From contig CAUGYD010000006.1 of assembly GCA_959603585.1 (NCBI GenBank), positions 46,288 through 110,287 of the forward strand: a stretch of DNA of 64,000 bases. The letters run 5' to 3'. The position numbers and the translations under genes are program-made. Below are positions 1 to 10,191 of the stretch, piece after piece; position 1 is the first letter of the stretch; each line of letters opens with the position of its first letter. The notes beneath the pieces are model-generated. The model was not told where the DNA came from. It made no database searches and saw nothing but the letters and a program-made list of their open reading frames with translations. Origin of the DNA: an uncultured Eubacteriales bacterium (GTDB lineage: Bacteria; Bacillota; Clostridia; Christensenellales; Borkfalkiaceae).

Positions 1-333
1 AGTGCCGAGGAACACGACAAAAAGATCGCGCTGACTTCTCAACTTGCACATCTCGTTTCCAGCGCCTATGTAAAGAGCCCTTCAGCCCGAAACTGCGAAG
101 GTTTTACGGGCGGTAGCTTTCAGGATATGACGCGTATAGCGGGCGTAGACGAGCGTATTTGGTCACAGCTTTATCTCTATAATCGTTCCAATATTTTAGC
201 GGAGCTCGACGGGCTCATCGAAAATCTGAAAGTATATAGAGACGCCATTTTTCAAGGCGACGAAAGGACTTTGTCTGCAGAGCTGAAAACGGGAAGATTA
301 TTGCGAGAAGAGATAAAAAGCGGAAAAGAGTGA
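1..333 (+). CDS. tyrA: Prephenate dehydrogenase, C-terminal fragment (5' end lies outside window)
   Basis: The frame-1 translation from nt 1 is open and contains TyrA C-terminal-like motifs (LTSQLAHLVSSAYVKSP, GFTGGSFQDMTRIAGVDERIW). The ORF track picks it up only from an internal Met at 127. Confidence 0.55.
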   Translation, partial: SAEEHDKKIALTSQLAHLVSSAYVKSPSARNCEGFTGGSFQDMTRIAGVDERIWSQLYLYNRSNILAELDGLIENLKVYRDAIFQGDERTLSAELKTGRLLREEIKSGKE

Positions 334-438
334 TTTTTTTATATTCTTTTCAAAAAATATTGCATAATAGGGTTTACTTTTTTCATAAACTCTGTTATAA
401 TAGAGTCGTTAAAGTAAAAATAATCGGCAGTTATCGAA

Positions 439-843
439 ATGATGAAACCTTGTTTTCTCAAAATAGTGACCGTAGTTGACGGTGAAGAGAGTATTTTTTC
501 ACAGGAAGCAGAAATGGAACTCTTTTCTGAATCTGCAAAGCTGCGCTATTTTGAAAACGGAGGAAAAGTCAGTCTCCATATTTCAAACGGGCAGGTTACC
601 GTTGCGCGGGAGGGAGATTATATTTTGCGACTTCTCTTAAAAGAAGGTAAGAAAAACCGAGGAATAATCGGGGTTTCGGGCTCAGAAGGAGAAGTGGAGA
701 CGGTAACGCATAAAATCGGATTTGCAATCAAAAAAAATTCGTTGTTGATGTCGATGAAATATACTTTGTTATTTGACAGCGGAAAACAAGAGATGCATTT
801 GAAACTTGTCGCGCGAAGCAAACAAATTTCGGAGGAACAATGA
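439..843 (+). CDS. Small hypothetical protein, DUF1934-like beta-barrel
   Basis: A 134-aa ORF whose stop overlaps the next gene's start (translational coupling). Its composition resembles YwiB/DUF1934 proteins. No catalytic motif is present. Confidence 0.35.
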   Translation: MMKPCFLKIVTVVDGEESIFSQEAEMELFSESAKLRYFENGGKVSLHISNGQVTVAREGDYILRLLLKEGKKNRGIIGVSGSEGEVETVTHKIGFAIKKNSLLMSMKYTLLFDSGKQEMHLKLVARSKQISEEQ

Positions 844-1493
844 AAATCCAGTATTTGGGACATTCGTGTTTCAAATTGACCGAGAGTACGGGAACGACGA
901 TTGTCACAGACCCCTATAAAGGTATCGGGTACGACTTGCCCAAAGGACTCACAGCGGACGCTGTGACGGTAAGTCACGGACACTTCGACCATAATAATGT
1001 CGGAGCAATCGGCGGGCGCCCCCGTATAATTGATAAGGAAGGCTTCTATGAATTGCCGGGCGTGGAAATCACGGGAATCAGAAGCTATCACGACAATGAA
1101 GGTGGCCGGCAGAGAGGAGAAAATATCATATATAAATTCCGCATGGACGGATTGGAAGTATGCCATATGGGCGATTTGGGCGAGGAGTGCTCTTCGGAGC
1201 TTTTGGAGATGTTGCTTCCCGTGCATATCCTTCTTATTCCTGTCGGTGGAACTTATACGATAGACGGGAAATTGGCGAAAGAATACGTAGATAGAATGAT
1301 GCCGGAAATCGTGATTCCCATGCATTATAAAACACGCAGTCTTTCGCTCGATCTCGATAAAGCGGATAATTTTCTTGACTTGTTCGATGATGAAGAGACA
1401 GAAATCAGTCATAGAGATGTCTTGGAATTTTCCCGCGACGATTTGACAGAAGAAAAAACAAAAATAATCTTAATGGAGAGGACTAAACACTGA
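840..1493 (+). CDS. MBL-fold metal-dependent hydrolase (UPF0173 family)
   Basis: The N-terminus MKIQYLGHSCFKL...TDPY and the HGHFDHN metal-binding motif are present. The ATGA start overlaps the upstream stop, and the stop overlaps the rho start. Confidence 0.7.
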   Translation: MKIQYLGHSCFKLTESTGTTIVTDPYKGIGYDLPKGLTADAVTVSHGHFDHNNVGAIGGRPRIIDKEGFYELPGVEITGIRSYHDNEGGRQRGENIIYKFRMDGLEVCHMGDLGEECSSELLEMLLPVHILLIPVGGTYTIDGKLAKEYVDRMMPEIVIPMHYKTRSLSLDLDKADNFLDLFDDEETEISHRDVLEFSRDDLTEEKTKIILMERTKH

Positions 1494-2989
1494 TGAATGA
1501 ACGCGCTTTGGAAGAACTCAAACAAGCTTACACAGAATATCTTTCCACTTTGAGTATTGGAAGTTTACGCTCGGTCGGCAGGCATGTCGGCGTCAATCAG
1601 TCTACGTTGAAAAAAAAGGGCGCGCTGGTAAAGGATATCGTGGAAATACTAATCGGTAATGTTCCTCCCGCCGCTAAGACCAATCGGGGCGCGCCTGTCA
1701 AAGATGCCTATATCGATCCGAAGATATTCAGCAAATTGGATGAAATAAAATTTCTGTATCTTTCCGGAATTACCGAAGATGATACGGAGGCAAATATTCC
1801 CGAAGCCGCGGAGAAACAGGAGGTGGCAGATAATGTCATCGACTTTCGTTCCCCGGAATACGAGCCCCAGCAAGGTTATTTTGAGCAAGAAGTCTACACC
1901 GGACAGTTGGAAACAATAAATGGCGTATCTTCTTTATTTCCGCTCAATGGTCGCGATGCGTCTGTCGAAAAGATAATCGTCACGGTTTCCGAAATTAAAA
2001 AGCATGACTTGCGCGATGGCGATATTGTCGTTTGTCACGCGGAAAAACGTCATGCGGCACTCGTTGCTACGGAAATTCTTTCCGTAAATAGTTTGCCTGT
2101 CGGCGAGGATAAACGTTCTCGTTTTGAACTCAGCGAGGTTTGCTATCCCGATCAGCGAATTTCTTTCTATTCGGAAAAATCTAATTCTTCCGCATTAAAA
2201 TATATCGATTGGTTGATTCCTTTAGGAAAAGGACAGCGCGGTGTCGTTACTTCTTCTCCGAAAGCCGGGAAGACCATGTTACTCAAAGAGGTTGCAAAAG
2301 CGGTTTCTGAGGAGCACCCCGATATTCGTCTACTAGTATTGCTTACCGAGCAATCTCCCGAAGCAGTCGGAGAATTCAAGAAGATTGTTCCGAAAGCAGA
2401 TTTTATTTATACCACCTATGACGATGAGGCTGAAACCCATGTTTTCGCCGCAGATTTTCTTTTGAAACGCGCGAAAAGATTCGCGGAAATGGGAATGGAC
2501 GTTCTCATGCTCGTGGATTCTCTTACGGCATTAGCTCATGCCTATAATGAAACGGAAGAATCTTCCGGCGGGAAGACGCTTTCCTGCGGATTGGAGAGCA
2601 AGACGCTCCATTATATTAAGAAATTTTTCGGCTCGGCGAGGTGTCTTGCGCAAGGTGGTTCTCTCGCCATTCTCGGTACGCTTTCCGTCGATACAGGCAA
2701 TCCCATGGACGATATTTTGGCCGGAGAACTTCTCGGCGCAGCAAATTCGGAAATTCGTTTGAGCGATATGCTCGTCGCAAAAAATGTATTCCCCGCTATC
2801 GATGTGGCGCATTCGCAGACAAAGCGCAGCGATTTGCTTTTGACTCCGGAAGAATTGAAGTGCGAAACTTTCATTCGCAATCGCTATCTTTCCACCTTCG
2901 AAGCCGAAGATTTAGCACAACTTATCGAAAAGAGTACAAGTTCCGCTCAGCTCTATAAAATAGCTTCTTCTGCAGTTAAAGAAAAATAA
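1493..2989 (+). CDS. rho: Transcription termination factor Rho with N-terminal insertion domain
   Basis: The C-terminal RecA-like core carries the Walker A GKGQRGVVTSSPKAGKTMLL and the Rho-specific motifs ILGTLSVDTGNPMDD and FPAIDVAHSQTKR. Total length is 498 aa. Confidence 0.9.
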   Translation: MNERALEELKQAYTEYLSTLSIGSLRSVGRHVGVNQSTLKKKGALVKDIVEILIGNVPPAAKTNRGAPVKDAYIDPKIFSKLDEIKFLYLSGITEDDTEANIPEAAEKQEVADNVIDFRSPEYEPQQGYFEQEVYTGQLETINGVSSLFPLNGRDASVEKIIVTVSEIKKHDLRDGDIVVCHAEKRHAALVATEILSVNSLPVGEDKRSRFELSEVCYPDQRISFYSEKSNSSALKYIDWLIPLGKGQRGVVTSSPKAGKTMLLKEVAKAVSEEHPDIRLLVLLTEQSPEAVGEFKKIVPKADFIYTTYDDEAETHVFAADFLLKRAKRFAEMGMDVLMLVDSLTALAHAYNETEESSGGKTLSCGLESKTLHYIKKFFGSARCLAQGGSLAILGTLSVDTGNPMDDILAGELLGAANSEIRLSDMLVAKNVFPAIDVAHSQTKRSDLLLTPEELKCETFIRNRYLSTFEAEDLAQLIEKSTSSAQLYKIASSAVKEK

Positions 2990-3163
2990 ATAATAAAATT
3001 GAGATTAAAAAAATATGAAAATAGCGGCCTATTTTGGCCGTTATTTTTTGTGGAAAAGTGAAAATATTTGATTTTCGAAACTCAAAAAACAGATTTTAAG
3101 GTTTTTCTCTTAAAAAATACCATTATCGACACTTTTGTATTTTGGGGTTATAAGTTTTTTCTA

Positions 3164-3282
3164 TACAATATCTTGTGCAATCCTCTTGACTTTACCACAA
3201 GATGTGGTATAATATAAAGGCACCGATTGATGAAACACAATATCTTGTGTTAAAAATAGAAATATGGCACAATATATTGTGG
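3164..3282 (+). promoter_or_regulatory. nrdDG control region: four NrdR boxes around a sigma-A promoter
   Basis: Four 16-bp imperfect palindromes match the NrdR-box consensus acaCwAtATaTwGtgt: tacaatatcttgtgca (3164-3179), accacaagatgtggta (3194-3209), acacaatatcttgtgt (3235-3250) and gcacaatatattgtgg (3267-3282). The -35 TTGACT is at 3186-3191 and the -10 TATAAT at 3208-3213. Confidence 0.7.
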
Positions 3283-3318
3283 TAATAGTTTGCAGGGTGA
3301 ATAGAAAGGAAAGAGAGG

Positions 3319-5502
3319 GTGAAGGCTATGAAAATTATTAAAAGAAGCGGACAAGAAGCGATATTTGATGAAGAGAAAATCGTCAATGCCGTGAGAAAAG
3401 CGAATAAAGAAGTCAATGAGGTTTCGCGTATTTCAGAAGAACAAATCCGCGCGCTTGCGGACAACGTGATGAAAGAGTGTTCTCAGATGGGGCGTTCCGT
3501 CAATGTGGAAGAAATCCAAGACATGGTAGAAAATCGCTTGATGGACATGAAGGCCTTTATCCTTGCCCGCAAATATATTACGTATCGTTATTCTCGCGCC
3601 CTCGTCAGAAAATCCAACACGACGGACGCGCAAATTCTTACGCTCATCGAATGTAATAATGAAGAGGTAAAGCAGGAAAATTCCAATAAAAATCCCACAG
3701 TCAACAGCGTTCAGCGGGATTATATGGCGGGAGAAGTCTCTAAAGACCTCACTCGGCGTATTCTTTTGCCCGAGGACATCGTCGCCGCTCACGACCAGGG
3801 AATTATTCATTTTCACGATGCGGACTATTTTGCGCAGCATATGCATAATTGTGACCTTGTCAATCTTGAAGACATGTTGCAGAACGGGACGGTAATTTCG
3901 GGGACGCTTATCGAAAAGCCGCATAGTTTTTCGACTGCCTGCAATATCGCTACGCAGATCATCGCACAGGTTGCCTCCAACCAATACGGCGGACAGAGTA
4001 TCTCTTTGACGCATCTGGCGCCTTTTGTTGATGTCAGCAGAAAGAAAATCAGAAAAGAGGTCGCCGAAGAATTGTCTGAAGTAGGCGTTTCCGACGAAGC
4101 TCATATTGCCAAAATTGCGGAAAAACGCCTGCGCGACGAAGTCCGCAAGGGAATACAGATGATTCAATATCAGGTAGTAACCCTTTTGACGACTAACGGA
4201 CAGGCGCCTTTCGTGACGGTATTTATGTATCTGAACGAAGCGCGTTCCGCGCAGGAAAAATCGGACTTGGCGCTCATTATCGAAGAGACGCTTAAACAGA
4301 GAATCCAGGGGGTCAAAAACGAATCAGGCGTATGGATTACGCCGGCGTTTCCCAAACTCATTTATGTCTTGGAATCCGACAATATTTCCGAGGAGCAGCC
4401 ATATTGGTATTTGACGGAGCTCGCGGCTAAATGCACTGCGAAGCGTATGGTTCCCGATTATATTTCCGAAAAGAAAATGCTGGAATATAAAGTGGATAAG
4501 AACGGGGAAGGACATTGTTATACCTGCATGGGGTGCCGGAGTTTTTTGACGCCTTATGTGGACGAGAACGGTAAACCGAAGTATTACGGCCGCTTTAATC
4601 AGGGAGTCGTAACCATCAATTTGGTCGATGTCGCGTTGTCTTCGGGCGGAAACGAAAAGAAATTCTGGGAAATCTTTGATGAAAGGCTCGAACTTTGTTA
4701 TCGGGCGCTCATGTATCGTCACAACAGGTTGAAAGGAACCGTTTCCGATGCGGCGCCTATTCTTTGGCAGTATGGAGCGCTCGCCCGCTTGAAGAAAGGG
4801 GAGACCATCGATAAACTTCTGTACGGAGGATATTCCACGATTTCTTTGGGATATGCGGGACTTTACGAGTGTACGAAATATATGACGGGCAAGTCGCATA
4901 CGGATGAAGAAGCGAAGCCTTTCGCCTTAGCCGTGATGCAGCACATGAACGATAAATGCAAAGAGTGGAAAGCCAAGGAAAATATAGACTTTTCCCTTTA
5001 CGGCACGCCGTTGGAGAGCACCACGTATAAATTTGCGAAATGCTTGCAGAATCGTTTCGGAATTATTCCCGGAGTCACGGATAAAAATTATATTACCAAT
5101 AGTTATCATGTGCATGTCAGCGAGAAGATAGACGCCTTTACAAAGCTGAAATTTGAAAGTGAGTTTCAACAGCTTTCTCCCGGTGGGGCAATCAGTTATG
5201 TCGAAGTTCCTAATATGCAGAATAATTTGCCCGCAGTGCTCGCAGTCATGAAGTTCATCTATGAAAATATTATGTATGCGGAGCTCAATACTAAGAGCGA
5301 TTTTTGCCAAGTTTGTGGCTATGACGGAGAAATTGTAATCGTCACGGACGAAAACGGTAAACTTGTATGGGAATGCCCCAATTGCGGCAACCGCGATCAA
5401 TCGAAGATGAACGTTGCAAGGCGCACCTGCGGATATATCGGAACGCAGTTTTGGAATCAAGGCAGAACGCAGGAAATTAAGGACAGAGTCCTGCACTTAT
5501 AA
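3319..5502 (+). CDS. nrdD: Anaerobic ribonucleoside-triphosphate reductase (class III RNR)
   Basis: The protein has an N-terminal ATP-cone, a C-terminal Zn-ribbon (CQVCGY...CPNCGN) and the glycyl-radical motif RTCGYIG. Total length is 727 aa. Confidence 0.95.
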   Translation: MKAMKIIKRSGQEAIFDEEKIVNAVRKANKEVNEVSRISEEQIRALADNVMKECSQMGRSVNVEEIQDMVENRLMDMKAFILARKYITYRYSRALVRKSNTTDAQILTLIECNNEEVKQENSNKNPTVNSVQRDYMAGEVSKDLTRRILLPEDIVAAHDQGIIHFHDADYFAQHMHNCDLVNLEDMLQNGTVISGTLIEKPHSFSTACNIATQIIAQVASNQYGGQSISLTHLAPFVDVSRKKIRKEVAEELSEVGVSDEAHIAKIAEKRLRDEVRKGIQMIQYQVVTLLTTNGQAPFVTVFMYLNEARSAQEKSDLALIIEETLKQRIQGVKNESGVWITPAFPKLIYVLESDNISEEQPYWYLTELAAKCTAKRMVPDYISEKKMLEYKVDKNGEGHCYTCMGCRSFLTPYVDENGKPKYYGRFNQGVVTINLVDVALSSGGNEKKFWEIFDERLELCYRALMYRHNRLKGTVSDAAPILWQYGALARLKKGETIDKLLYGGYSTISLGYAGLYECTKYMTGKSHTDEEAKPFALAVMQHMNDKCKEWKAKENIDFSLYGTPLESTTYKFAKCLQNRFGIIPGVTDKNYITNSYHVHVSEKIDAFTKLKFESEFQQLSPGGAISYVEVPNMQNNLPAVLAVMKFIYENIMYAELNTKSDFCQVCGYDGEIVIVTDENGKLVWECPNCGNRDQSKMNVARRTCGYIGTQFWNQGRTQEIKDRVLHL

Positions 5503-5508
5503 TCGCCT

Positions 5509-6036
5509 ATGAATTACGCCGAGATTAAATGGACAGACATCGCGAACGGAGAGGGGGTTCGGATTTCCCTTTTCGTTTCGGGATGTACGCATCATTGTAA
5601 AAACTGTTTCAATCAAATAGCTTGGGATTTCAATTACGGGCGTCCTTTTGACGAAGAAATCCAAAGGGAGATTTTCGATAAGTTAGGCGCATCATATATA
5701 GCGGGGCTTTCTTTGCTCGGCGGAGAACCGTTGGAACCTCAAAATCAAGCCGCATTGCTTCCCTTTGTGAAAGAGGTTCGAAAGAAATATCCCAAAAAGA
5801 CGATTTGGTGCTATACGGGTTATACTCTGAATCCGGAAACGGGAGAACTCTTTGAGAAAAATAAAAATACGACGGCTACAAAGGAATTGATTTCTCTCTT
5901 TGATGTCTTGGTAGACGGTCCGTTCGTGGAAGAGCTGAAAAAGATAACGCTTTTGTTTCGCGGCTCTTCCAATCAACGAGTTCTCGACGTAAAAAAATCA
6001 ATTTCGGAAAAAAAGCCCGTTTTATATCTTGATTAA
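5509..6036 (+). CDS. nrdG: Anaerobic RNR activating protein (radical SAM)
   Basis: A CxxxCxxC-type radical SAM cluster motif (GCTHHCKNCFN) is present. The gene lies immediately downstream of nrdD. Confidence 0.9.
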   Translation: MNYAEIKWTDIANGEGVRISLFVSGCTHHCKNCFNQIAWDFNYGRPFDEEIQREIFDKLGASYIAGLSLLGGEPLEPQNQAALLPFVKEVRKKYPKKTIWCYTGYTLNPETGELFEKNKNTTATKELISLFDVLVDGPFVEELKKITLLFRGSSNQRVLDVKKSISEKKPVLYLD

Positions 6037-6096
6037 TCGGAAAATACCTGCTATAATAGATAGTAGGTATTTTATTTTTGGAGGGGAGAAATAAAC

Positions 6097-6513
6097 ATGA
6101 GAAATCCCGAACAAACGATAGGCGCTTTAATCGAGAAATCTCCTTTGACGCAAATTTGCTATATTGACGCAGATGGTTATCCGATTACAAAAGCTATGCT
6201 TAAACCGAGAGAACGCGAAGGGATAAAAACTTTTTGGTTTTCTACGAACACATCGTCCAATAAAGTAAAGTGTTTTCTTTGTAACCCTAAATCGAGTATT
6301 TATTTTATTGATCGGCGTTTTTTTCGAGGCGTAAGTTTAGCCGGATATATCGAAGTTTTGCAAACTGTGGAGGCCAAGAAACGAATTTGGAGAGAGGGGG
6401 ATACGATGTACTATCCCGGAGGAATCGAAGATCCTGATTATTGTGTATTAAAATTTACAGCAGAAAAGGGACGTTATTATAGTAATTTTAAGTCGGAAGA
6501 TTTTAATCTGTAA
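6097..6513 (+). CDS. Pyridoxamine 5'-phosphate oxidase family protein (general stress protein 26-like)
   Basis: A 138-aa ORF with a PNPOx-like split-barrel pattern. Assignment is by overall similarity only. Confidence 0.45.
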   Translation: MRNPEQTIGALIEKSPLTQICYIDADGYPITKAMLKPREREGIKTFWFSTNTSSNKVKCFLCNPKSSIYFIDRRFFRGVSLAGYIEVLQTVEAKKRIWREGDTMYYPGGIEDPDYCVLKFTAEKGRYYSNFKSEDFNL

Positions 6514-6522
6514 GGAGAATTT

Positions 6523-6783
6523 ATGTTTTCAAAGCGCGGCAATGCGGTAAAAATGGCTTTCATCATTTCAATTTTGTGTTTTGTCTTGGCATTTTTGTCG
6601 CTCCTGTCGGCGGGGATTCTCTTTTTTAGGGGCGGAGGAAATATTTTCAAAGTCGGCAGACCGGAAATTTTTTCTGTTTCTGTTTTCGGGCGGAATACTT
6701 CTTTGTTCCGCCTATTTTTGTGTAATGCGTGTTTTCTTTTGAAAAAGGAGAGGAAAAGTAAAAAAGAATACTTTTATATGTGA
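6523..6783 (+). CDS. Small hypothetical membrane protein
   Basis: An 86-aa ORF with a hydrophobic N-terminal segment. It may not be a real gene. Confidence 0.25.
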   Translation: MFSKRGNAVKMAFIISILCFVLAFLSLLSAGILFFRGGGNIFKVGRPEIFSVSVFGRNTSLFRLFLCNACFLLKKERKSKKEYFYM

Positions 6784-6890
6784 GTACTTCGGAAAACGTA
6801 TTTCTCGCAGATGTGATTTTGTCCTTTTCGCGAAAAAAAGAATTGAAAAAATAAGGTAATCATAAAGTTTGAGTATTCTGCTCGCCAAAA

Positions 6891-8300
6891 TTGCAGAAAT
6901 TACTAATGAGGATATATATGAATAAAGTTTTACAAAGTACGGGAGCTTTCTGGAATTCCGTAGATTGGAAGGCGCTCTTGAAGAATATAAGAGAATTTTT
7001 TAATAGCTACGTGTTCTATATTTTTGAGACGCTTGCAGCCTGTCTCTTCGTTGCAACGAGTCAGGAAGTCTTCGGGGCGGTTTGTTTTGTAGCCCTTATT
7101 GCCGTTATTCTTTTGCTTTGCGACGATATTCTTCCCACGACGTTGCCCTTTCTATTGATTTCTGCTTTTACGACGAATTGTTACGATTCTTTTGATACCT
7201 TCTTTCCCTATATTAAGTATGCGCCGGCTGTTGCTATCTGTCTAATTTTCCACTTTATTTTTTATCGAAAACCCATGAAAACGGGGGAGAGCGCCTATGG
7301 CATTTTGGCCGTCGGGGTGGCTATCATGCTCGGAGGGATTGGGAATTTTTCCTTGAAGGAATATGCCGTAGGCTCCTATTATATGTTGGGGCTTGGCTTT
7401 GGAATGTTGGCTACCTATTTTCTGATGAAATCTCAGTTTTCCGTAAAACGAGATTACGATATTAAAATTCGTTTTTCCGCAATCATGACCTTTTTGGGCC
7501 TTTTATGCGTATTTATTATCGCATCGGGATATTACAAAAGCTATAAGGGGATTCCTACTTCCTATGCCTTGGGCTTTTCTCGAAACAACATTTCTACGCT
7601 TTTAATGTTTGCGATGCCGTTTCCTCTCTTTCTTGCATTAAAGCACCCTTGGACCGCGGTACTTTCTCCCGTGTTCTATGCTGCGATTGCCGTCAGTACG
7701 TCGCGCGGAGGGCTTCTGTTCGGAAGCGTTGAAATTTTAGTCTGCTGTGCCTATTGGGTGTTTTGCGGAAAAAAACGATTGTTCAGAACATTGTTATGTC
7801 TTACGGCTTTGCTGTTAATATTCCTTTGCTTCGGACAAATTATTATTGATGTCATTCAGGATCGTTTCCTCGCGGATGACGTCATCACCGGAGACGCTCG
7901 TTATGAAATGATGTTGCAGGCTATCGAAAAGTTCAAAAAGAATCCGCTGGTAGGATTCGGGATTCTCGACAACGATATCGTTTACGGTGAATATAAAAAG
8001 AAAGGCTCTATGGCTTGGTATCACATGATGATTCCTCAAATCATCGGTAGTATGGGCTTAGTCGGCGTAGCCGCGTATCTCTTCCAATTTATCGGCAGAG
8101 TAAAATTGATCTTCCGCAATTACTGTACTTGGTCTCTGTGTCTGGGCATTTCTTATCTTGGCATATTGATGATGAGTCAAGTAAACCCCGGCGAATTTTG
8201 TCCTTTGCCGTTTGAGCTCCTTACCGTTCTCTTGTTCATTTTACAGGAACGAAGATTGGAAAATCCGTTATTACCCTTAAAGGAAAAAGGCCATAAGTAA
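6891..8300 (+). CDS. O-antigen ligase (Wzy_C) family polytopic membrane protein
   Basis: The ORF predicts more than 10 hydrophobic helices. A periplasmic-loop segment (STSRGGLLFGS) is typical of the WaaL/O-antigen-ligase family. Confidence 0.5.
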   Translation: MQKLLMRIYMNKVLQSTGAFWNSVDWKALLKNIREFFNSYVFYIFETLAACLFVATSQEVFGAVCFVALIAVILLLCDDILPTTLPFLLISAFTTNCYDSFDTFFPYIKYAPAVAICLIFHFIFYRKPMKTGESAYGILAVGVAIMLGGIGNFSLKEYAVGSYYMLGLGFGMLATYFLMKSQFSVKRDYDIKIRFSAIMTFLGLLCVFIIASGYYKSYKGIPTSYALGFSRNNISTLLMFAMPFPLFLALKHPWTAVLSPVFYAAIAVSTSRGGLLFGSVEILVCCAYWVFCGKKRLFRTLLCLTALLLIFLCFGQIIIDVIQDRFLADDVITGDARYEMMLQAIEKFKKNPLVGFGILDNDIVYGEYKKKGSMAWYHMMIPQIIGSMGLVGVAAYLFQFIGRVKLIFRNYCTWSLCLGISYLGILMMSQVNPGEFCPLPFELLTVLLFILQERRLENPLLPLKEKGHK

Positions 8301-8302
8301 TT

Positions 8303-9022
8303 TTGAGAAAATCCGTCGCATACAATATTTGTATGAAGACGGGTTTTTTTCGTAAAAAAGCATTTATTCTTGCGGGAATATTATCGATTGCGACGGTAAT
8401 TTCGGGAATTTTTTACGCACATGCTCTCATCGGAGCGGTAAAGGTAAATGTAGGAGAAAGTTTTTATTTTCTCATTTCCGAAGAAGAAAATGTCGCGGCT
8501 TCGGCCGAAGAAGTATATCTCGATGGCGGGGCGGGATATGTGATGAGTCGGGGCCGCACAAATTATGCCGTATATTCCTGTTATTTTACGGAGACGGATG
8601 CAAAAACCGTACGAAATAATTTGAATGACAAGGACATACCCGCTTCGGTTATTGAAGAGAGTGTATCCGTTCTGTATTTGAAAAAACGTTCGGAAAAACA
8701 GAATGCCGAAAAACTTTCTGGGTGTTTTTCTACATTGAGTAGCTGTATTCATCTGTTATACGATATGGCCAATAAAGCGGAAGCAGGGGAATATACGCAA
8801 CAGACATTGAGACGGACGCTGTCTTCCGTGGGAGGAGTTTTATCCTGCCTGGCAGAGGAAAATTCCGGAGGAATATTTACAGATATTTCCGCCTGTGCCG
8901 CGCAGGCGTCTTTAATGTCCGAAGAAATTATTCGTGGAACGATCTATGCAAAAGATATCCGATACCTTCAAGTTTACCTGTGTGATTCTTATCTTTTATT
9001 AGCCTCCGAATTTTCTATTTGA
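8303..9022 (+). CDS. Membrane-anchored hypothetical protein, possible SPOR-like domain
   Basis: The ORF has an N-terminal TM helix. The segment YFLISEEENVAASAEEVYLDGGAGYVMSRGRTNYAVYSCYF follows the SPOR pattern loosely. Confidence 0.3.
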   Translation: MRKSVAYNICMKTGFFRKKAFILAGILSIATVISGIFYAHALIGAVKVNVGESFYFLISEEENVAASAEEVYLDGGAGYVMSRGRTNYAVYSCYFTETDAKTVRNNLNDKDIPASVIEESVSVLYLKKRSEKQNAEKLSGCFSTLSSCIHLLYDMANKAEAGEYTQQTLRRTLSSVGGVLSCLAEENSGGIFTDISACAAQASLMSEEIIRGTIYAKDIRYLQVYLCDSYLLLASEFSI

Positions 9023-9069
9023 CCCTCGAAAAAGTTGTCTCACGGTTTCAGTTGTGCTATAATAAAAAT

Positions 9070-9987
9070 ATGACATGTATTTTTATTTACAATCCGAACA
9101 GCGGACGGGGAAAAATCGAGAAAAAACTTTCGTATATCGTAAAAAAGTTGAAGACGAAATACGAGAAGGTAGATGTATACGCTACAAAGGCTAAGGGGGA
9201 TTTGACGCAAAAGGTACGGGAAGTTGCGGATAAATACGATTGCGTTGTGTTTTCAGGTGGAGACGGAAGCTTTAACGAAGTTTTGCGCGGAATTGGCGAT
9301 ATGGAAAATTTACCTCTTCTCGGATATATTCCCGGCGGAACGGCAAACGATATCGCGCATAGCTTGGGAATTGCCCGAAAAAGCGTGCGCAAAGCGGTAA
9401 AAGTTGTTCTTAAAGGTCGTAAAGAATATCTCGATTGTATGCGCATCAACGGTAAAGAATACGCCATGTATTCTGTTTCGGCGGGGGCGTTCACCAGCGC
9501 TGCCTATACGACGCCGCAGGAGGCAAAGCGCGCACTGGGACTTCTCGCTTATGGCTTAGAAGGAATCCGAAAAAATCTTCCCTTCAAAGTTTTTCCTATG
9601 GCGGTTGAAGACGGAGCGCAAAGGACAGAGACCGAAAGTGTCTTTACATTGATTATGAACACCAAATGTGTTGCCGGTTGGAAAATGAACGGAGGGGGGT
9701 CCATGAGCGACGGTATTATGGAATGTGCGGTCGTCAAACAAAAGATAAGCCCTAATCTCTATAATAAAGCTCGCGCGTTGTTTGCGCTTGTCCGTCTTTT
9801 TGTATTCGGATATCGTTTTAAGGAGAAAAATTTACTCCGTTTCAAGGGAGAAAGATTACGGTTTGAAGTTCCTGACGATGTGGTATGGAATTATGACGGG
9901 GAAAAAGGGGCGAGCGGCAGTATAGACATTGAAGTCCTTCACAGAAAGGTTCCGCTTCTCGTTCCAAAAAATAATAAAAATATTTAG
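9070..9987 (+). CDS. Diacylglycerol kinase family lipid kinase (YegS/DagK-like)
   Basis: The DAGK catalytic motifs are present (IYNPNSGRG, VVFSGGDGSFNEV, GYIPGGTANDIAHSLGI). The internal ATG at 9070 is chosen over the ORF-track start. Confidence 0.8.
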   Translation: MTCIFIYNPNSGRGKIEKKLSYIVKKLKTKYEKVDVYATKAKGDLTQKVREVADKYDCVVFSGGDGSFNEVLRGIGDMENLPLLGYIPGGTANDIAHSLGIARKSVRKAVKVVLKGRKEYLDCMRINGKEYAMYSVSAGAFTSAAYTTPQEAKRALGLLAYGLEGIRKNLPFKVFPMAVEDGAQRTETESVFTLIMNTKCVAGWKMNGGGSMSDGIMECAVVKQKISPNLYNKARALFALVRLFVFGYRFKEKNLLRFKGERLRFEVPDDVVWNYDGEKGASGSIDIEVLHRKVPLLVPKNNKNI

Positions 9988-10064
9988 AGAAAATACTATC
10001 AAAACGCTTGCTTTTTTCTTTCTTATTCAGTATAATAAATAAGCTTGTTGATGAGCAAGCACTT

Positions 10065-10140
10065 GCTACTGTGGCTCAGTCGGTAGAGCGAGTGATTCGT
10101 AATCACTAGGTCGCCGGTTCAAATCCGGCCAGTAGCTCCA
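10065..10140 (+). tRNA. tRNA-Thr (anticodon CGU)
   Basis: The cloverleaf was folded by hand. The 7-bp acceptor stem is GCTACTG/CAGTAGC, the D-arm is GCTC-AGTCGGTAGA-GAGC, and the anticodon stem AGTGA/TCACT carries the loop TTCGTAA (anticodon CGT). The T-arm is GCCGG-TTCAAAT-CCGGC, followed by a discriminator and CCA. Confidence 0.85.
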
Positions 10141-10143
10141 TCA

Positions 10144-10191
10144 ATCCCATATATTGTGTTTTTTCAATGATAATAACACAATATATGGGAT
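10144..10191 (+). terminator. 17-bp perfect inverted repeat plus T-tract after the tRNA (likely tRNA terminator, possible recombination core)
   Basis: The arms atcccatatattgtgtt (10144-10160) and aacacaatatatgggat (10175-10191) flank a 14-nt loop and are followed by tttttcattttt. Confidence 0.5.

Noticed and set aside
10144-10191. The inverted repeat after tRNA-Thr resembles split NrdR-box halves (ACACAATATAT ... ATATATTGTGT).
   Set aside because: Each arm contains only about 11 of 16 box positions, and the arms are separated by 14 nt rather than forming a contiguous 16-bp palindrome. The function is more plausibly a tRNA terminator or att-core hairpin, and the resemblance is probably coincidental.
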